Positions 30,470 to 41,690 of a stretch of 64,000 nucleotides of DNA are shown piece by piece. The notes under the pieces were generated by a model. The model was not told where the DNA came from and did not search any database. It saw only the letters and a program-made list of their open reading frames with translations. The stretch is from Gammaproteobacteria bacterium (GTDB lineage: Bacteria > Pseudomonadota > Gammaproteobacteria > UBA4575). Every line of letters begins with the position of its first letter. Positions within the stretch are counted from its first letter, which is position 1. Position numbers and translations under genes: made by a program. Location: positions 10,101 through 74,100 of the forward strand of contig JABDMD010000001.1 in NCBI GenBank assembly GCA_013001685.1. Reading direction: 5' to 3'.

Positions 30470-31792
30470 ATGAATAATTTTAATATTAAACAACTCAGAT
30501 TTTTCTCTGCACTTTTTTTGATAGCTGTATCACTAACATTTCTATTTGCGACTAAATCTAATGCAAAATTATTAGATCGCATTGTCGCAGTAGTAGAAAA
30601 CGATGTAATCATGGAAAGCGAATTACGCCAGCGCGTGAATGTTTTAGTGAAACAGTTTGAAGGCAATCCAGAAGCACTTCCACCGCAAGATGTATTGCTT
30701 GACCAAGTGTTACAACGCTTAATTATAGAACGCTTACAACTCCAATTGGCAGAACAAAGAGGAATTCAAGTTGATGAATTAAGCTTAGACCAGACGATGC
30801 GTAATTTAGCTAAACGGAATCGCATGACGTTAGAACAATTTCGCGAAACTTTAATTAAACAAGGGCATGACTATGTCGCTTATCGCGATCAAGTGCGCAA
30901 TGAAATGTTACTTGATCAGTTACGCAGACGTACGATAGTCAGTGGCATTGAAATATCAGAAAGTGAGGTTGAAGAATTAGTAACGAAAGCCGATAAAGAC
31001 TTACTAAAGAAAGAGTATGAATACAATGTTGCGCATATTCTAATTGCGGTTCCTGAAAACCCAAAACCTGGTCAAATAGAGAAATCCCAACATCGTGCAT
31101 CACTTGTACATGACCGAGCCAAGTCTGGAAATAATTTTGCGAAACTCGCAATTGCGGCTTCCGATGCCCAAGATGCATTGCAAGGGGGTGATTTAGGTTG
31201 GCGTAATAAAGCGCAGTTACCAGAAGTGTTTTTACAGCAAATTGATAGTATGCAAGCGGGCGAGGTTAGCAAGATTGGACAAAGCGCTGCCGGTTACCAT
31301 ATTTTTAAAGTGCTTGATCGGCGAGAAATCAAAAACACTATGGTTGACCAAGTTCTTGCTCGGCATATCTTGATTCGCACCAATGCTTTACTTTCAGATG
31401 AAGAAGCAGAAAGAAAACTCAATGATCTAAAAACAAGAATCGAAAATGGTGATGATTTTGAAGAGCTAGCGCGCGCAAATTCTGAAGATACCGGAAGTGC
31501 TGTAAATGGCGGTAAAATGGATTGGACAGTAAGCAGTAATTTTGTACCAAAATTCAAAGAAGTAGTCGATGAGCTCGAACCAAAAACGATTAGCGAACCT
31601 TTTAAAAGTAGATTCGGATGGCATATCGTAGAAGTTCTCGATAAACGTAAACATGACAACTCTCAAGAAGCCATGCGCGCTCAAGCACGTGAGCAAATTA
31701 GACAAAGAAAAATAGAAGAAGAAACCGAATTGTGGTTACGCCAACTTCGAGATGAAAGTTACATAGAGAATCGATTACATACTTCTAACTAA
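30470..31792 (+). CDS. surA: periplasmic chaperone / PPIase SurA
   Basis: Signal peptide, SurA N-terminal domain, two parvulin domains; lptD-surA-pdxA synteny. Confidence 0.85.
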   Translation: MNNFNIKQLRFFSALFLIAVSLTFLFATKSNAKLLDRIVAVVENDVIMESELRQRVNVLVKQFEGNPEALPPQDVLLDQVLQRLIIERLQLQLAEQRGIQVDELSLDQTMRNLAKRNRMTLEQFRETLIKQGHDYVAYRDQVRNEMLLDQLRRRTIVSGIEISESEVEELVTKADKDLLKKEYEYNVAHILIAVPENPKPGQIEKSQHRASLVHDRAKSGNNFAKLAIAASDAQDALQGGDLGWRNKAQLPEVFLQQIDSMQAGEVSKIGQSAAGYHIFKVLDRREIKNTMVDQVLARHILIRTNALLSDEEAERKLNDLKTRIENGDDFEELARANSEDTGSAVNGGKMDWTVSSNFVPKFKEVVDELEPKTISEPFKSRFGWHIVEVLDKRKHDNSQEAMRAQAREQIRQRKIEEETELWLRQLRDESYIENRLHTSN

Positions 31793-31835
31793 TCAAAAAT
31801 CTCCATATTTTCTTTTACTAGTTTGTTCAAAACTA

Positions 31836-32849
31836 ATGTCTAACATTGTTCGTATCGCTATCACGCCTGGAGAGCCTGCTGGTATTGGCCCAGAATTAAC
31901 GCTTAAGCTTGCACAGCAAACTCTTAACTATGAAGTTGTAGCCATTGCAAATATACAAATGCTGCAACAACAATCCAAACAGCTAGGCTTAGGTGTTAAA
32001 TTAGAGCCTTTTGATATCAACGCAGATAGTGAATCTCATCACCCAGGACAATTAAAAGTCATAAATGTTGTGATGCCAAATAAATTCGAGTTCGGCAAAC
32101 TTGATGCTACAAATTCAAGTTACGTAATTGAAACACTCAAAACAGCTGTAAATTTAGTACAAAGTAACACCCTTCAAGCATTAACCACAGGGCCCGTGCA
32201 AAAAAGTATTATCAATGAAGCAGGTATCGCTTTTTCTGGCCATACTGAATTCATTGCGGATAAAACAGGCGGCCACCCTGTTATGTTGCTCGCTAATGAA
32301 AACCTCGATGACAAAACTAACTCCTATTTACGTGTAGCTCTAATAACCACTCACTTACCCGTAAGTGAAGTAGCCAAACACATCTCCGCCGAAAAAATTA
32401 CCAAAGTTCTAAATGTATTGCATGATGGTTTAGTACAACGCTTTGGTATCGCCAATCCATGCATAGCAGTATGTGGGCTCAATCCACATGCTGGCGAAGG
32501 TGGTCATCTTGGCAAGGAAGAAAGTGAAATTATAATTCCTACGCTTGATAAATTACGCCAGCAAGGCATGAATCTAGAAGGGCCATTGCCCGCGGATACT
32601 GCATTTACTCAACAGAAACTTAAAGGCAAAGATGCGGTAGTCGCTATGTACCACGACCAAGGCCTACCGGTAATAAAACACCAAGGTTTTGGGAAGGTTG
32701 TCAATGTAACACTCGGCCTACCCATCATTCGCACTTCAGTAGACCATGGCACGGCATTAGATATCGCTGGACAAGGTATTGCCGATGAAAGTAGCCTTCT
32801 TACTGCAGTGAATTTAGCTGCTAAATTGTGTGAAAAATCTTTAACGTAA
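31836..32849 (+). CDS. pdxA: 4-hydroxythreonine-4-phosphate dehydrogenase
   Basis: PdxA motifs (ITPGEPAGIGPE, GHTE, metal-binding His residues). Confidence 0.85.
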   Translation: MSNIVRIAITPGEPAGIGPELTLKLAQQTLNYEVVAIANIQMLQQQSKQLGLGVKLEPFDINADSESHHPGQLKVINVVMPNKFEFGKLDATNSSYVIETLKTAVNLVQSNTLQALTTGPVQKSIINEAGIAFSGHTEFIADKTGGHPVMLLANENLDDKTNSYLRVALITTHLPVSEVAKHISAEKITKVLNVLHDGLVQRFGIANPCIAVCGLNPHAGEGGHLGKEESEIIIPTLDKLRQQGMNLEGPLPADTAFTQQKLKGKDAVVAMYHDQGLPVIKHQGFGKVVNVTLGLPIIRTSVDHGTALDIAGQGIADESSLLTAVNLAAKLCEKSLT

Positions 32850-32865
32850 ACACCTAGGATTAAAC

Positions 32866-33243
32866 ATGGCAAAACTTACACCTGAAGCACTACAAGCATG
32901 GCAACAACACGACGAAAGAATGGTTTTTACTACAACCGATGCGAATAATATTGCAAATTCGATCTGGGTGATCTGTGCAAAACTGATTAATGACGAACAA
33001 ATTGTCATTGCTAACAATGCATTCTACAAAACTCTAGAAAATATCAAGCGCGGTAGCAAAGGTGTACTGCTCTACATAGCACCCGAGAGAGAGTCTTATC
33101 AAGTAAAAGGATCCCTGGAATACTATACTGATGGACCAGTTTATGACGATATGAAAAGCTGGCTAGATCCTAAATTTCCCGGCAAAGGCGCTTTGGTATT
33201 AAATATCGAAGAAGTTTATTACGGCGCAGAACAAGTTGTTTAA
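32866..33243 (+). CDS. pyridoxamine-5'-phosphate-oxidase-like FMN-binding split-barrel protein
   Basis: 125 aa with the small PNPOx-like/general-stress-protein pattern (RMVFTTTD...., YQVKG.LEY..D, ALVLNIEEVYY). Confidence 0.55.
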   Translation: MAKLTPEALQAWQQHDERMVFTTTDANNIANSIWVICAKLINDEQIVIANNAFYKTLENIKRGSKGVLLYIAPERESYQVKGSLEYYTDGPVYDDMKSWLDPKFPGKGALVLNIEEVYYGAEQVV

Positions 33244-33880
33244 TAACATATCTAAAACTATGAAATTAAAAATCTCTTTAACGGCGCTAGTATTTTTTTC
33301 TTTAGCAATTTTGAATACTTCATTTTCTGCAGGCATAGAAGACCGTACCATTACACTCAAAAGCAATGAACGCTTTGACTTAGTGCAGGCAAACTCCGTT
33401 ACCTTTAAATTTCAGCCTTTATCAGAAGATGCACGCAAACTAGAGATTACGAATGACGCTGCCGCATTAGGCGTCGCCTATCTAGGGCAGATAAAATTAA
33501 AAGAAAATAATACTGCATTATCTGCACTACGCTCTATAGCTGAACAGATAGGTGAGAGCTTAGATATTAGCTTTGGAGTTATTGCTGACTCTAATACTTC
33601 AGAGGCTTTAAAAGCTAATGAATTACTATTGTTGTACCATCCAAATGTAACCATCACTCTTGCTCTAGCAAGACCTGATAAAGCCAATGATTATGAAATT
33701 ATTTGCACTTATGCATTAAAAGAATACGCTAAGAAAGAAGACAATCAACAAGTTGTTACACCTCCCACAACAATTCCTCCAACCGATACCCAACAACTCA
33801 CACCTGTACCAGATCAAAAACCTGAAGCTAGTAGCGACATAGCACCTGTTGAAGACGCGCCAGAAGCTACTACAAACTAA
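33236..33880 (+). CDS. secreted protein with Pro/Thr-rich C-terminal tail
   Basis: Signal peptide (start possibly at MKLKISL, 33260) and a C-terminal TPPTTIPPTDTQQLTPVPDQKPEA.. low-complexity tail. Confidence 0.45.
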   Translation: MFNNISKTMKLKISLTALVFFSLAILNTSFSAGIEDRTITLKSNERFDLVQANSVTFKFQPLSEDARKLEITNDAAALGVAYLGQIKLKENNTALSALRSIAEQIGESLDISFGVIADSNTSEALKANELLLLYHPNVTITLALARPDKANDYEIICTYALKEYAKKEDNQQVVTPPTTIPPTDTQQLTPVPDQKPEASSDIAPVEDAPEATTN

Positions 33881-33911
33881 ACCTAACCCTTTTGTACACT
33901 AAGGCATCTAA

Positions 33912-34691
33912 ATGACTAGGCCATTACGCAAACGCTTTGGTCAGCATCTACTAAGCAATCCAAATACAATAAACAGCATCGTAAAAGTCATTCATCCAAA
34001 AAAAAATGACATGCTAGTTGAAATTGGTCCAGGACGTGGTGCAATAACTATCCCAATACTAAAAAACGTTGGCACCTTACACGCCATTGAAATTGATCGT
34101 GATATTGCCAAGGAAGTTACTGGGCAATGTGAAGGCATCGGCAAACTAATTATTCACCAAGGTGATGTTCTAAATTTTGATTTCAACAAACTTGCAAGTA
34201 AAAGCAAACCAATTAGATTATTTGGCAACCTCCCATACAATATCTCAACGCCGCTACTTTTTCACTTATTAAAGTTTTCTGAGCAGATCGTCGATATGCA
34301 TTTTATGCTGCAAAAAGAGGTAGTTGACCGTATTACCGCTTCAGCTGGAAATTCTAACTACAGTCGATTAAGTATAATGATTCAATCTAGTTACAAAGTT
34401 GAAAGCCTATTTGATATTGGTTCTAATGAGTTCACTCCTCCTCCAAAAGTTAACTCCAGTTTTATGCGCCTTATCCCCAGCGACGAATATAGAGTACAAA
34501 TCAAAGATCACAATACATTTGACAGGTTAGTTGAAACTGCTTTTCAACAGCGCCGTAAAACAATCAAAAACAGCCTGTCTAATGTAGCGACTGAAGAACA
34601 GTTGATTAATGCAAATATTAAAACCTCTCAGCGTCCCCAAGAAATTTCTATTCCTCAATACATAAAACTTTCCAATCAGTTAGCCTTATAG
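33912..34691 (+). CDS. rsmA: 16S rRNA (adenine1518/1519-N6)-dimethyltransferase
   Basis: KsgA N-terminus (RKRFGQHLL) and SAM-binding motif (VEIGPGRGAIT), NLPYNIS. Confidence 0.85.
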   Translation: MTRPLRKRFGQHLLSNPNTINSIVKVIHPKKNDMLVEIGPGRGAITIPILKNVGTLHAIEIDRDIAKEVTGQCEGIGKLIIHQGDVLNFDFNKLASKSKPIRLFGNLPYNISTPLLFHLLKFSEQIVDMHFMLQKEVVDRITASAGNSNYSRLSIMIQSSYKVESLFDIGSNEFTPPPKVNSSFMRLIPSDEYRVQIKDHNTFDRLVETAFQQRRKTIKNSLSNVATEEQLINANIKTSQRPQEISIPQYIKLSNQLAL

Positions 34692-34840
34692 CCGAAAAGG
34701 GTTAACAACTAATTGAATCTTTTATGTCTAATGCTGCCTAATAATAATAGGCTTAAAGCAATAGTGGTTAATTAATAATCAGTATTTTTCTGTTATCTAC
34801 ATCTGAGTTTTTTAGTTTTAACATAGGTATAATTAATGCT

Positions 34841-35224
34841 ATGGAAGATCCAAATAATCATGAAATCGACGTTAGTGTAGATACCGCTTTTATAGAAGCG
34901 CAGTCTGATGAGGACGAAAGTCGCTTTGTGTTTGCCTACACAGTAACTATTCATAACTCCGGCCATGTACCAGCAAAGCTGGTTACTCGTCATTGGTTAA
35001 TTACCGATTCTAATGGCAAGACACAGGAAGTCAAAGGCGAAGGCGTAGTAGGTGAGCAACCTTACCTACGTCCTGGCGAAGCCTTTCAGTACACTAGTGG
35101 CACCATGTTAGAAACGCCTGTGGGTACCATGCAGGGTAGTTATCAAATGTTAGCGGATGATGGTACGGAATTTGATGCACCGATTGACGCTTTCACGCTA
35201 GCAGCACCTCGCGTTTTACACTAA
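34841..35224 (+). CDS. apaG: ApaG (DUF525) protein
   Basis: 127 aa with the ApaG signature (TRHW.ITD..G....V.G.GVVGEQP.L.PGE.F.Y.S). Confidence 0.85.
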   Translation: MEDPNNHEIDVSVDTAFIEAQSDEDESRFVFAYTVTIHNSGHVPAKLVTRHWLITDSNGKTQEVKGEGVVGEQPYLRPGEAFQYTSGTMLETPVGTMQGSYQMLADDGTEFDAPIDAFTLAAPRVLH

Positions 35225-35445
35225 CGGAGCTCTGATTTAATCCGAGACTTCGTTAAAAGGCCTCTCAAAATGCTCATGTATTTATATTGCGCTATCTCGT
35301 TCTATTTTGTCTCATCTAAATTAAATCAGTGTTCTGTTAAAGTCATTTAAAGTATTTATCAATTTTTAATAAAGCTGATATACAATTTACTAATATCTTG
35401 TCTTGCCATACTCTTTGGTAAAAATTTAAGTGGTGTAGTTTTTAT

Positions 35446-36288
35446 ATGGCGGTATATGCAATCGGTGACGTGCAGGGATGTTTCGATGAGCTTCAAGAAC
35501 TTGCACGCTATATTTCATTTAGTCTCAAGAAAGACCAATTATGGTTTGTTGGCGACTTAGTTAATCGTGGCCCTAAATCACTAGAAACATTACGTTGGAT
35601 AAAATCACTCGGTAATACCGCTGTTACTGTATTAGGCAATCACGACCTTCATCTACTCGCAGCACATGCTGGCGCAAAAGAAATCACTACGACCAGTAGC
35701 TTGTATCCTGTTTTACAAGCTAAAGATATAGATTCACTAGTAGAATGGTTAAGACGACAACCGCTTATGCGCTACAACAAACAGTTAAAGTTTGCCATGG
35801 TACATGCGGGGCTCGCACCACAATGGAGTATTAAAGATTCTTTACGTTATGCTAAAGAAGTTGAAATCGTATTACGATCTAAAAAATATAAAGACTTTCT
35901 CTACAATATGTATGGAGACCAACCTAATCAATGGGATGGGCGATTAAAAAGCTGGAATCGTTTACGAACTATTACTAACTTTATGACGCGTGTTCGTTAT
36001 TGCACCAATAAAGGGGTTATGAGTTTTACTGAAAAAGGCCCACCGGGCATACAATGCGCAAGAATGAAGCCATGGTATGAAATTGCTTCTCGCAAAAGCC
36101 AAGACACCACTGTCGTATTCGGGCATTGGTCAACATTAGGCTATAAACATGATCATAATATTATCGCCACAGATACAGGATGTTTATGGGGAGGAGCCTT
36201 AACTGCAGTTAAAATCGAACTAGAAAAATTGACTATCTACCAGATCGACTGCGAAGCTAAAAAAGAAATTCCAAGATTAAATAGATGA
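35446..36288 (+). CDS. apaH: bis(5'-nucleosyl)-tetraphosphatase (symmetrical)
   Basis: Metallophosphatase motifs (GDVQGC, GDLVNRGP, GNHD) and ApaH length. Confidence 0.85.
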   Translation: MAVYAIGDVQGCFDELQELARYISFSLKKDQLWFVGDLVNRGPKSLETLRWIKSLGNTAVTVLGNHDLHLLAAHAGAKEITTTSSLYPVLQAKDIDSLVEWLRRQPLMRYNKQLKFAMVHAGLAPQWSIKDSLRYAKEVEIVLRSKKYKDFLYNMYGDQPNQWDGRLKSWNRLRTITNFMTRVRYCTNKGVMSFTEKGPPGIQCARMKPWYEIASRKSQDTTVVFGHWSTLGYKHDHNIIATDTGCLWGGALTAVKIELEKLTIYQIDCEAKKEIPRLNR

Positions 36289-36650
36289 TCAATACATTTT
36301 CCCATGCAAATAAATGGTTGGAATTCTTGAATAGCTTAGAATTACCAGACAAAAATTTATTTAAGAAGCATGTTTTAGCTGGAGCAATTTCAAGCCTATG
36401 TGAATGTGGCTGCAATTCATTTGAGTATCACATCTCTAGTGATGTGGATATTGAACCTCTAACAGAAGGAAGCGGATTATTCTATGAAATAGCTTTTAGT
36501 ACTAACATGGATGATGTTATCGACTTTTTAGTATTTACAGATGATCGTGGATATTTTTCAGGTGTAGATATAACTTATGGTTTTGCTACCCATGAAGCCC
36601 TACCTGACGGCATCGCATTAAAAGAATGTGTGCATTCCCAAGGCAGATGA
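36285..36650 (+). CDS. hypothetical Cys-containing protein, translationally coupled to apaH
   Basis: 121 aa. ATGA start/stop overlap with apaH. CECGC motif. No family recognised. Confidence 0.45.
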   Translation: MINTFSHANKWLEFLNSLELPDKNLFKKHVLAGAISSLCECGCNSFEYHISSDVDIEPLTEGSGLFYEIAFSTNMDDVIDFLVFTDDRGYFSGVDITYGFATHEALPDGIALKECVHSQGR

Positions 36651-36667
36651 TTTGATAAATTAGAAAA

Positions 36668-37150
36668 TCAAGTAATACGTATATATTGAATATTATCTAC
36701 ATCAAATTTATTTTTATTATCTTTGCCACGAAACTCACGCTCTACTTCCTGCCACTCTTCTTTATTCCAGGCAGGGAAATACGTATCGCCCTCTAACTCA
36801 GCATGCACAATAGTGGTATAGAGATGTTTTGCTATAGGTAATGCATATTTGTAAATATCCGCACCACCAATCACAAAAGCTTGGCCATTAACTAGAATTT
36901 CTATCTGTGCCCAATTGGTAACGACTATACAGCCTTCTGCTGCATAATCTGAATTGCGTGTAAGTACGATATGTTGTCGACCAGGCAATAATCCCGGCAA
37001 GGATTCAAAAGTTTTTCGCCCCATAATTATGGGATGACTCATGGTAATCTTTTTAAAGCGTTGTAAATCGGCCGGCAAATGCCATGGAATTTGATTGTCT
37101 TTACCGATCAGGCCTTGCGGCGTCATCGCCACGATGATTGCGATATCCAT
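36668..37150 (-). CDS. folA: dihydrofolate reductase
   Basis: DHFR motifs (IVAM...G.IG....PW, GRKTFES). Confidence 0.85.
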   Translation of the reverse strand: MDIAIIVAMTPQGLIGKDNQIPWHLPADLQRFKKITMSHPIIMGRKTFESLPGLLPGRQHIVLTRNSDYAAEGCIVVTNWAQIEILVNGQAFVIGGADIYKYALPIAKHLYTTIVHAELEGDTYFPAWNKEEWQEVEREFRGKDNKNKFDVDNIQYIRIT

Positions 37151-37162
37151 AACTGAAACAAT

Positions 37163-37957
37163 CTATACCGCTACGGGTGCAGCAATATGTTCATGGCATT
37201 GGTAATTCTGCAATTCAAAGTCTTCATATTTAAAATCAAAAATAGATTTCACATCTGGATTAATTTGCATATGCGGCAATGCATAAGGTGTACGATCAAG
37301 CTGCTTTTGCGCTTGATCCATATGGTTGTTATATAAGTGCACATCACCAAAAGTATGTACAAACTCTCCTGCTTGGTAACCGGTTACTTGCGCAACCATC
37401 TGTAACAACAATGCATAAGATGCAATGTTAAATGGCACGCCTAAGAAAACATCTGCACTTCGCTGATAAAGCTGACAAGAAAGTTTATTTTGTGCGACAT
37501 AAAATTGAAAAAAAGCATGGCATGGGGGCAAAGCCATATTATCGAGCTCACCCACATTCCACGCACTCACTATGTGACGCCTGGAAAGTGGATTTTCTTT
37601 TAAGTCTTCAATCAACTGAGTAATTTGGTCGATGCTTTTACCCTCTGCACTTTGCCAACTTCGCCATTGTGATCCATATACCGGCCCAAGTTCCCCATCT
37701 TCATCTGCCCATTCATTCCAAATGGAAACACCATGTTTATTTAAGTAATCTACATTGGTCTCGCCACGTAAAAACCAAAGTAATTCATAAATAATAGATT
37801 TTAAATGTAACTTTTTAGTTGTCAGCATTGGAAAACCGTTTTGCAGGTCAAAACGCATTTGATAACCAAATATAGAAACCGTACCGGTGCCAGTGCGATC
37901 GCCTTTTTCTACACCATGCCTCATCACATGATTTAAAAGCTCAAGATATTGCTGCAT
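37163..37957 (-). CDS. thyA: thymidylate synthase
   Basis: ThyA motifs (MQQYL.LL..V...G..K.DRTGTGT.S.FG, PCH.F.QFYV catalytic Cys). Confidence 0.9.
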   Translation of the reverse strand: MQQYLELLNHVMRHGVEKGDRTGTGTVSIFGYQMRFDLQNGFPMLTTKKLHLKSIIYELLWFLRGETNVDYLNKHGVSIWNEWADEDGELGPVYGSQWRSWQSAEGKSIDQITQLIEDLKENPLSRRHIVSAWNVGELDNMALPPCHAFFQFYVAQNKLSCQLYQRSADVFLGVPFNIASYALLLQMVAQVTGYQAGEFVHTFGDVHLYNNHMDQAQKQLDRTPYALPHMQINPDVKSIFDFKYEDFELQNYQCHEHIAAPVAV

Positions 37958-37960
37958 GGT

Positions 37961-38746
37961 CTATTTGTCTTTTGCCATTCCAAATTTATTATATGCCAGC
38001 CATATGGTTACTATACCTACTATGATCATCGGTATAGTTAATAGTTGCCCTCTAGTTAGCCAGTCTAGAGTTGGCGCATCCGGCTCACGCACAAACTCAA
38101 CAATGAATCGGAAAATGCCATAGAGTAGTATAAAAAATCCACACACAGCACCAGTGGGACGTGGCTTTTGTGCAAACAACCAAAGAATTACAAACATTAC
38201 TAATCCTTCTAAAAAGGCTTGATATAACTGCGAAGGGTGACGTGGCAAGTCACCTGCGTGTGGAAAAACCATACCCCATGGAGCCTCTGTAACCCTTCCC
38301 CATAGTTCACCATTAATAAAGTTACCGATTCGTCCTGCGCCCAATCCAATCGGCACCATTGGAGCCACGAAATCGCAGAGACGCAATAAACCATAGCCTT
38401 TAGCGCGCTGGTAAACCCAAAGCGCAACAATTACACCTAGCAAACCGCCATGAAAACTCATGCCGCCTTCCCAAATTTTAAAAAGATAAAGCGGGTTATC
38501 TAAAAAATGAGAAAAGTTATAAAACAATACTGAACCAATGCGCCCACCTAGAATCACACCTAGCATGCCGTAAAACAAGATGTCACCTACATCATCAGGC
38601 TGTGTCACGGTATGTGTTTTTTTGGCATGGATCCGTCCCAATAACCAAAAGCCCAAAAAGCCAATGGCATACATAAGCCCATACCAACGCAATTTAAGTG
38701 GCCCAAGTGAAAAAATGATTGGATCGATTTCAGGGAAAGCAAGCAT
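37961..38746 (-). CDS. lgt: phosphatidylglycerol--prolipoprotein diacylglyceryl transferase
   Basis: Lgt N-terminus (FP.IDPIIFSLGPL.LRWYGLMY) begins at an internal Met of the track ORF (37961..38812). Polytopic membrane protein. Confidence 0.8.
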   Translation of the reverse strand: MLAFPEIDPIIFSLGPLKLRWYGLMYAIGFLGFWLLGRIHAKKTHTVTQPDDVGDILFYGMLGVILGGRIGSVLFYNFSHFLDNPLYLFKIWEGGMSFHGGLLGVIVALWVYQRAKGYGLLRLCDFVAPMVPIGLGAGRIGNFINGELWGRVTEAPWGMVFPHAGDLPRHPSQLYQAFLEGLVMFVILWLFAQKPRPTGAVCGFFILLYGIFRFIVEFVREPDAPTLDWLTRGQLLTIPMIIVGIVTIWLAYNKFGMAKDK

Positions 38747-38804
38747 ACTTACACTATAACAACAGTTAGACTTAGTTAGTAACCAGCAAAATAATGTATA
38801 AAAA

Positions 38805-40913
38805 TTGAACACACTTATGGTTGAAACAAAAAATCATCTTGCTGATCAGACCAGTCCTTACTTACTGCAACATGCAGATAATCCAGTGGAATGGTATCCG
38901 TGGGGAGAAGCTGCGCTCAAGCGCGCGAGAGAAGAAAATAAACCAATTCTATTATCGATCGGTTATTCCGCATGTCATTGGTGTCACGTCATGGCACATG
39001 AATCGTTTGAAGACGAAGCCACAGCAAAAGTAATGAATGATTTATACATAAATATTAAAATTGATCGTGAAGAACGCCCTGACCTCGATAAAATTTATCA
39101 GACTGCGCAATATTTACTTACCCAGCGCTCCGGTGGTTGGCCGCTTACCATGTTTTTAACCCCCGAAGATCAAATGCCATTCTTTGGTGGTACTTATTTT
39201 CCAGATGAACCTCGTCATGGTTTGCCTTCATTCAAAGAACTGCTGCATCACATCTCTGACTTCTACCAAAATCGACGTGAAGAAATTGGCACCCAAAATG
39301 AATCGATGAATACTGCATTGCAAAATATTTATCAGCCAAGTTATACAGAAGTAAATTTAACACCCGACATTCTTGATAGTTGTAACCAACTTCTAGAGCA
39401 AACCTTTGATGCTGAGCACGGTGGTTTTGGCAATGCACCTAAGTTTCCTCACCCTTCTCACATTGAACGACTATTACGTTTTTATGCTCAATCAAAGATT
39501 ACTGATATAGAAAAATCTCGAGCTTTGCATGCGGCAATTTTCAGTTTGGAAAAAATGGCTGCAGGAGGAATTTATGACCATCTAGGTGGTGGCTTCAGCC
39601 GTTATTCTGTAGATCAATATTGGATGATTCCACATTTTGAAAAAATGCTCTACGACAACGGGCCTCTACTTGCACTGTACGCACAAGCCTTTTCTTTAAA
39701 TTATTCAGAGCAGTTTAAGAAAACCTGCGAAGGCACAACCGAATGGTTAATGCGCGAGATGCAATCACCAGAAGGTGGGTATTACTCAACACTGGATGCT
39801 GATTCGGAAGGAGTGGAGGGCAAATTCTATGTATGGGATCGAGCTGAAATTCAAAGTATATTAAGTACTGATGAGTATGCTGTGTTTGCTCCGCATTTTG
39901 GCTTTGATGGTGTAGCGAATTTTGAAGGCCAATACCATTTACATGTTTTTAAAACTGAAAAACAAATTTGCGAAGATCAGTCGATTTCTTCTGTTGAATT
40001 TAATAAACGTCTTGATAGTGCAAAATCTAAACTTTTCGCACTACGTGAAAAAAGAATTAAGCCGGGACGCGATGAAAAAATCCTTACCAGCTGGAATGCA
40101 CTGATGATTCGCGGCATGGCTATAGCAGGACGCGCCCTCAACAATAAAGAATATATTGATTCGGCAGATCGTGCGCTGGACTTTATTCGTAACACGATGT
40201 GGGAAAACCAACGCTTGTTTGCAACCTACAAAGACGGTAAAGCTCATCTTGGTGCCTATTTAGATGACTATGCAAATTTGTTAAATGCCTTGCTAGAAAT
40301 ACTGCAAGCTCGCTGGAACACAAAAGACTTAAATTGGGCTTGTGAAATTGCAGATGTAATTTTAGAACAATTTGAAGACCCAGAGTTTGGTGGTTTTTAT
40401 TTTACATCTAGCGATCATGAACAATTAATCCAACGACCGAAAACCATCAGCGATGACTCCACACCATCCGGCAATGGCATTGCTGCTTTCGCCTTAACGC
40501 GTTTGGGTTATCTATTAGCAGAATCAAAATATATTCAAGCTGCAAAACGTGTACTTAAGTTTGCAGCACAAGCCATTAGTCAATCCCCCCTAGGCCACAC
40601 AAGTTTGCTAAATGCTTTCGAAGAACAACTGTGCCCACCACAAATTATTATTCTTTGCGGCGAAAAGGAAGCATTAACGAAATGGCATGAAGAGTGTAAC
40701 CACGGCTATGCACCGCAACGCTTGGTATTTTCAATTGACGAAGACAAAAAAGATTTACCCGATGCAGTTGCAGAAAAGAAACATAAGACCTCAAGCACAG
40801 AAGGTGTAACTGCTTATGTCTGCAAAGGCATAAAATGTGATGCACCGGTAGAAACTTTTGCTGAATTACAAAAGATATTAGCAGAAACCAGCATTCAGCC
40901 TACAACGAATTAG
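38805..40913 (+). CDS. thioredoxin-domain protein YyaL (DUF255 + six-hairpin glycosidase-like domain)
   Basis: [27 protein letters not shown] motif, about 700 aa. Confidence 0.75.
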   Translation: MNTLMVETKNHLADQTSPYLLQHADNPVEWYPWGEAALKRAREENKPILLSIGYSACHWCHVMAHESFEDEATAKVMNDLYINIKIDREERPDLDKIYQTAQYLLTQRSGGWPLTMFLTPEDQMPFFGGTYFPDEPRHGLPSFKELLHHISDFYQNRREEIGTQNESMNTALQNIYQPSYTEVNLTPDILDSCNQLLEQTFDAEHGGFGNAPKFPHPSHIERLLRFYAQSKITDIEKSRALHAAIFSLEKMAAGGIYDHLGGGFSRYSVDQYWMIPHFEKMLYDNGPLLALYAQAFSLNYSEQFKKTCEGTTEWLMREMQSPEGGYYSTLDADSEGVEGKFYVWDRAEIQSILSTDEYAVFAPHFGFDGVANFEGQYHLHVFKTEKQICEDQSISSVEFNKRLDSAKSKLFALREKRIKPGRDEKILTSWNALMIRGMAIAGRALNNKEYIDSADRALDFIRNTMWENQRLFATYKDGKAHLGAYLDDYANLLNALLEILQARWNTKDLNWACEIADVILEQFEDPEFGGFYFTSSDHEQLIQRPKTISDDSTPSGNGIAAFALTRLGYLLAESKYIQAAKRVLKFAAQAISQSPLGHTSLLNAFEEQLCPPQIIILCGEKEALTKWHEECNHGYAPQRLVFSIDEDKKDLPDAVAEKKHKTSSTEGVTAYVCKGIKCDAPVETFAELQKILAETSIQPTTN

Positions 40914-40934
40914 AACCAAGTAAAAACCGTAATA

Positions 40935-41681
40935 ATGAACTCGCTGCGCGGCACTTTGCGACTTTTACATCTCATCGCACACTTATTCAAAGGCCTTTTT
41001 TTATCTTATACCAAACTGCATGGTACACAGAGCCACGATCTTAGTGTAGCGCAACATAAAATTATACAAACATGGTTGCATCGTAGCGCAGAAATCATTG
41101 GTATTGATATACAAATTCATGGAATCCCCACACACGCTCCTACTTTTGTAGTAGCCAATCATATTTCTTGGTTAGATATTTTAATTATCTCTTCCGTGTT
41201 ACCAGTTTCATTCTTATCGAAAGCAGAAATACGTAGCTGGCCAGTCATTGGCACGCTCGCCGCCAAAGCCGGCACATTATTTATTCATCGCGGTTCCAAG
41301 AATGGCGCTGCAGAAGCGATTCAACTTATGCAAAAAAAGCTTAAATCAGGACATAGTGTTGCATCATTTCCTGAAGCTAAAACTACTCACGGCATCGAGG
41401 TACACACATTTCACCCAAGATTATTTGCAGCAGCAATAGAAACCGGTATTTTAGTTCAACCGGTTGCAATTCGTTACCCGCATGAAGATGGCACTCACCC
41501 ACACGTACCTTATGTAGATGAAGCCAATATCATTAGCCATTCATTTCGGATTATGTGTGCTAAATCAACGCTCGCAGAAGTCACATTCTGCGAACCTATT
41601 GAAAGTAAAAACCGGATGAGAAAAGATGTAGCGTTTTCAGCAAGAAAAGCTATTGCATCAGTTGTCGAGTGCCCTAATTAA
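40935..41681 (+). CDS. lysophospholipid acyltransferase (PlsC/LPLAT family)
   Basis: HX4D motif (ANHISWLD) and downstream FPE and P-rich blocks. Confidence 0.65.
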   Translation: MNSLRGTLRLLHLIAHLFKGLFLSYTKLHGTQSHDLSVAQHKIIQTWLHRSAEIIGIDIQIHGIPTHAPTFVVANHISWLDILIISSVLPVSFLSKAEIRSWPVIGTLAAKAGTLFIHRGSKNGAAEAIQLMQKKLKSGHSVASFPEAKTTHGIEVHTFHPRLFAAAIETGILVQPVAIRYPHEDGTHPHVPYVDEANIISHSFRIMCAKSTLAEVTFCEPIESKNRMRKDVAFSARKAIASVVECPN

Positions 41682-41690
41682 ACTATTTAA

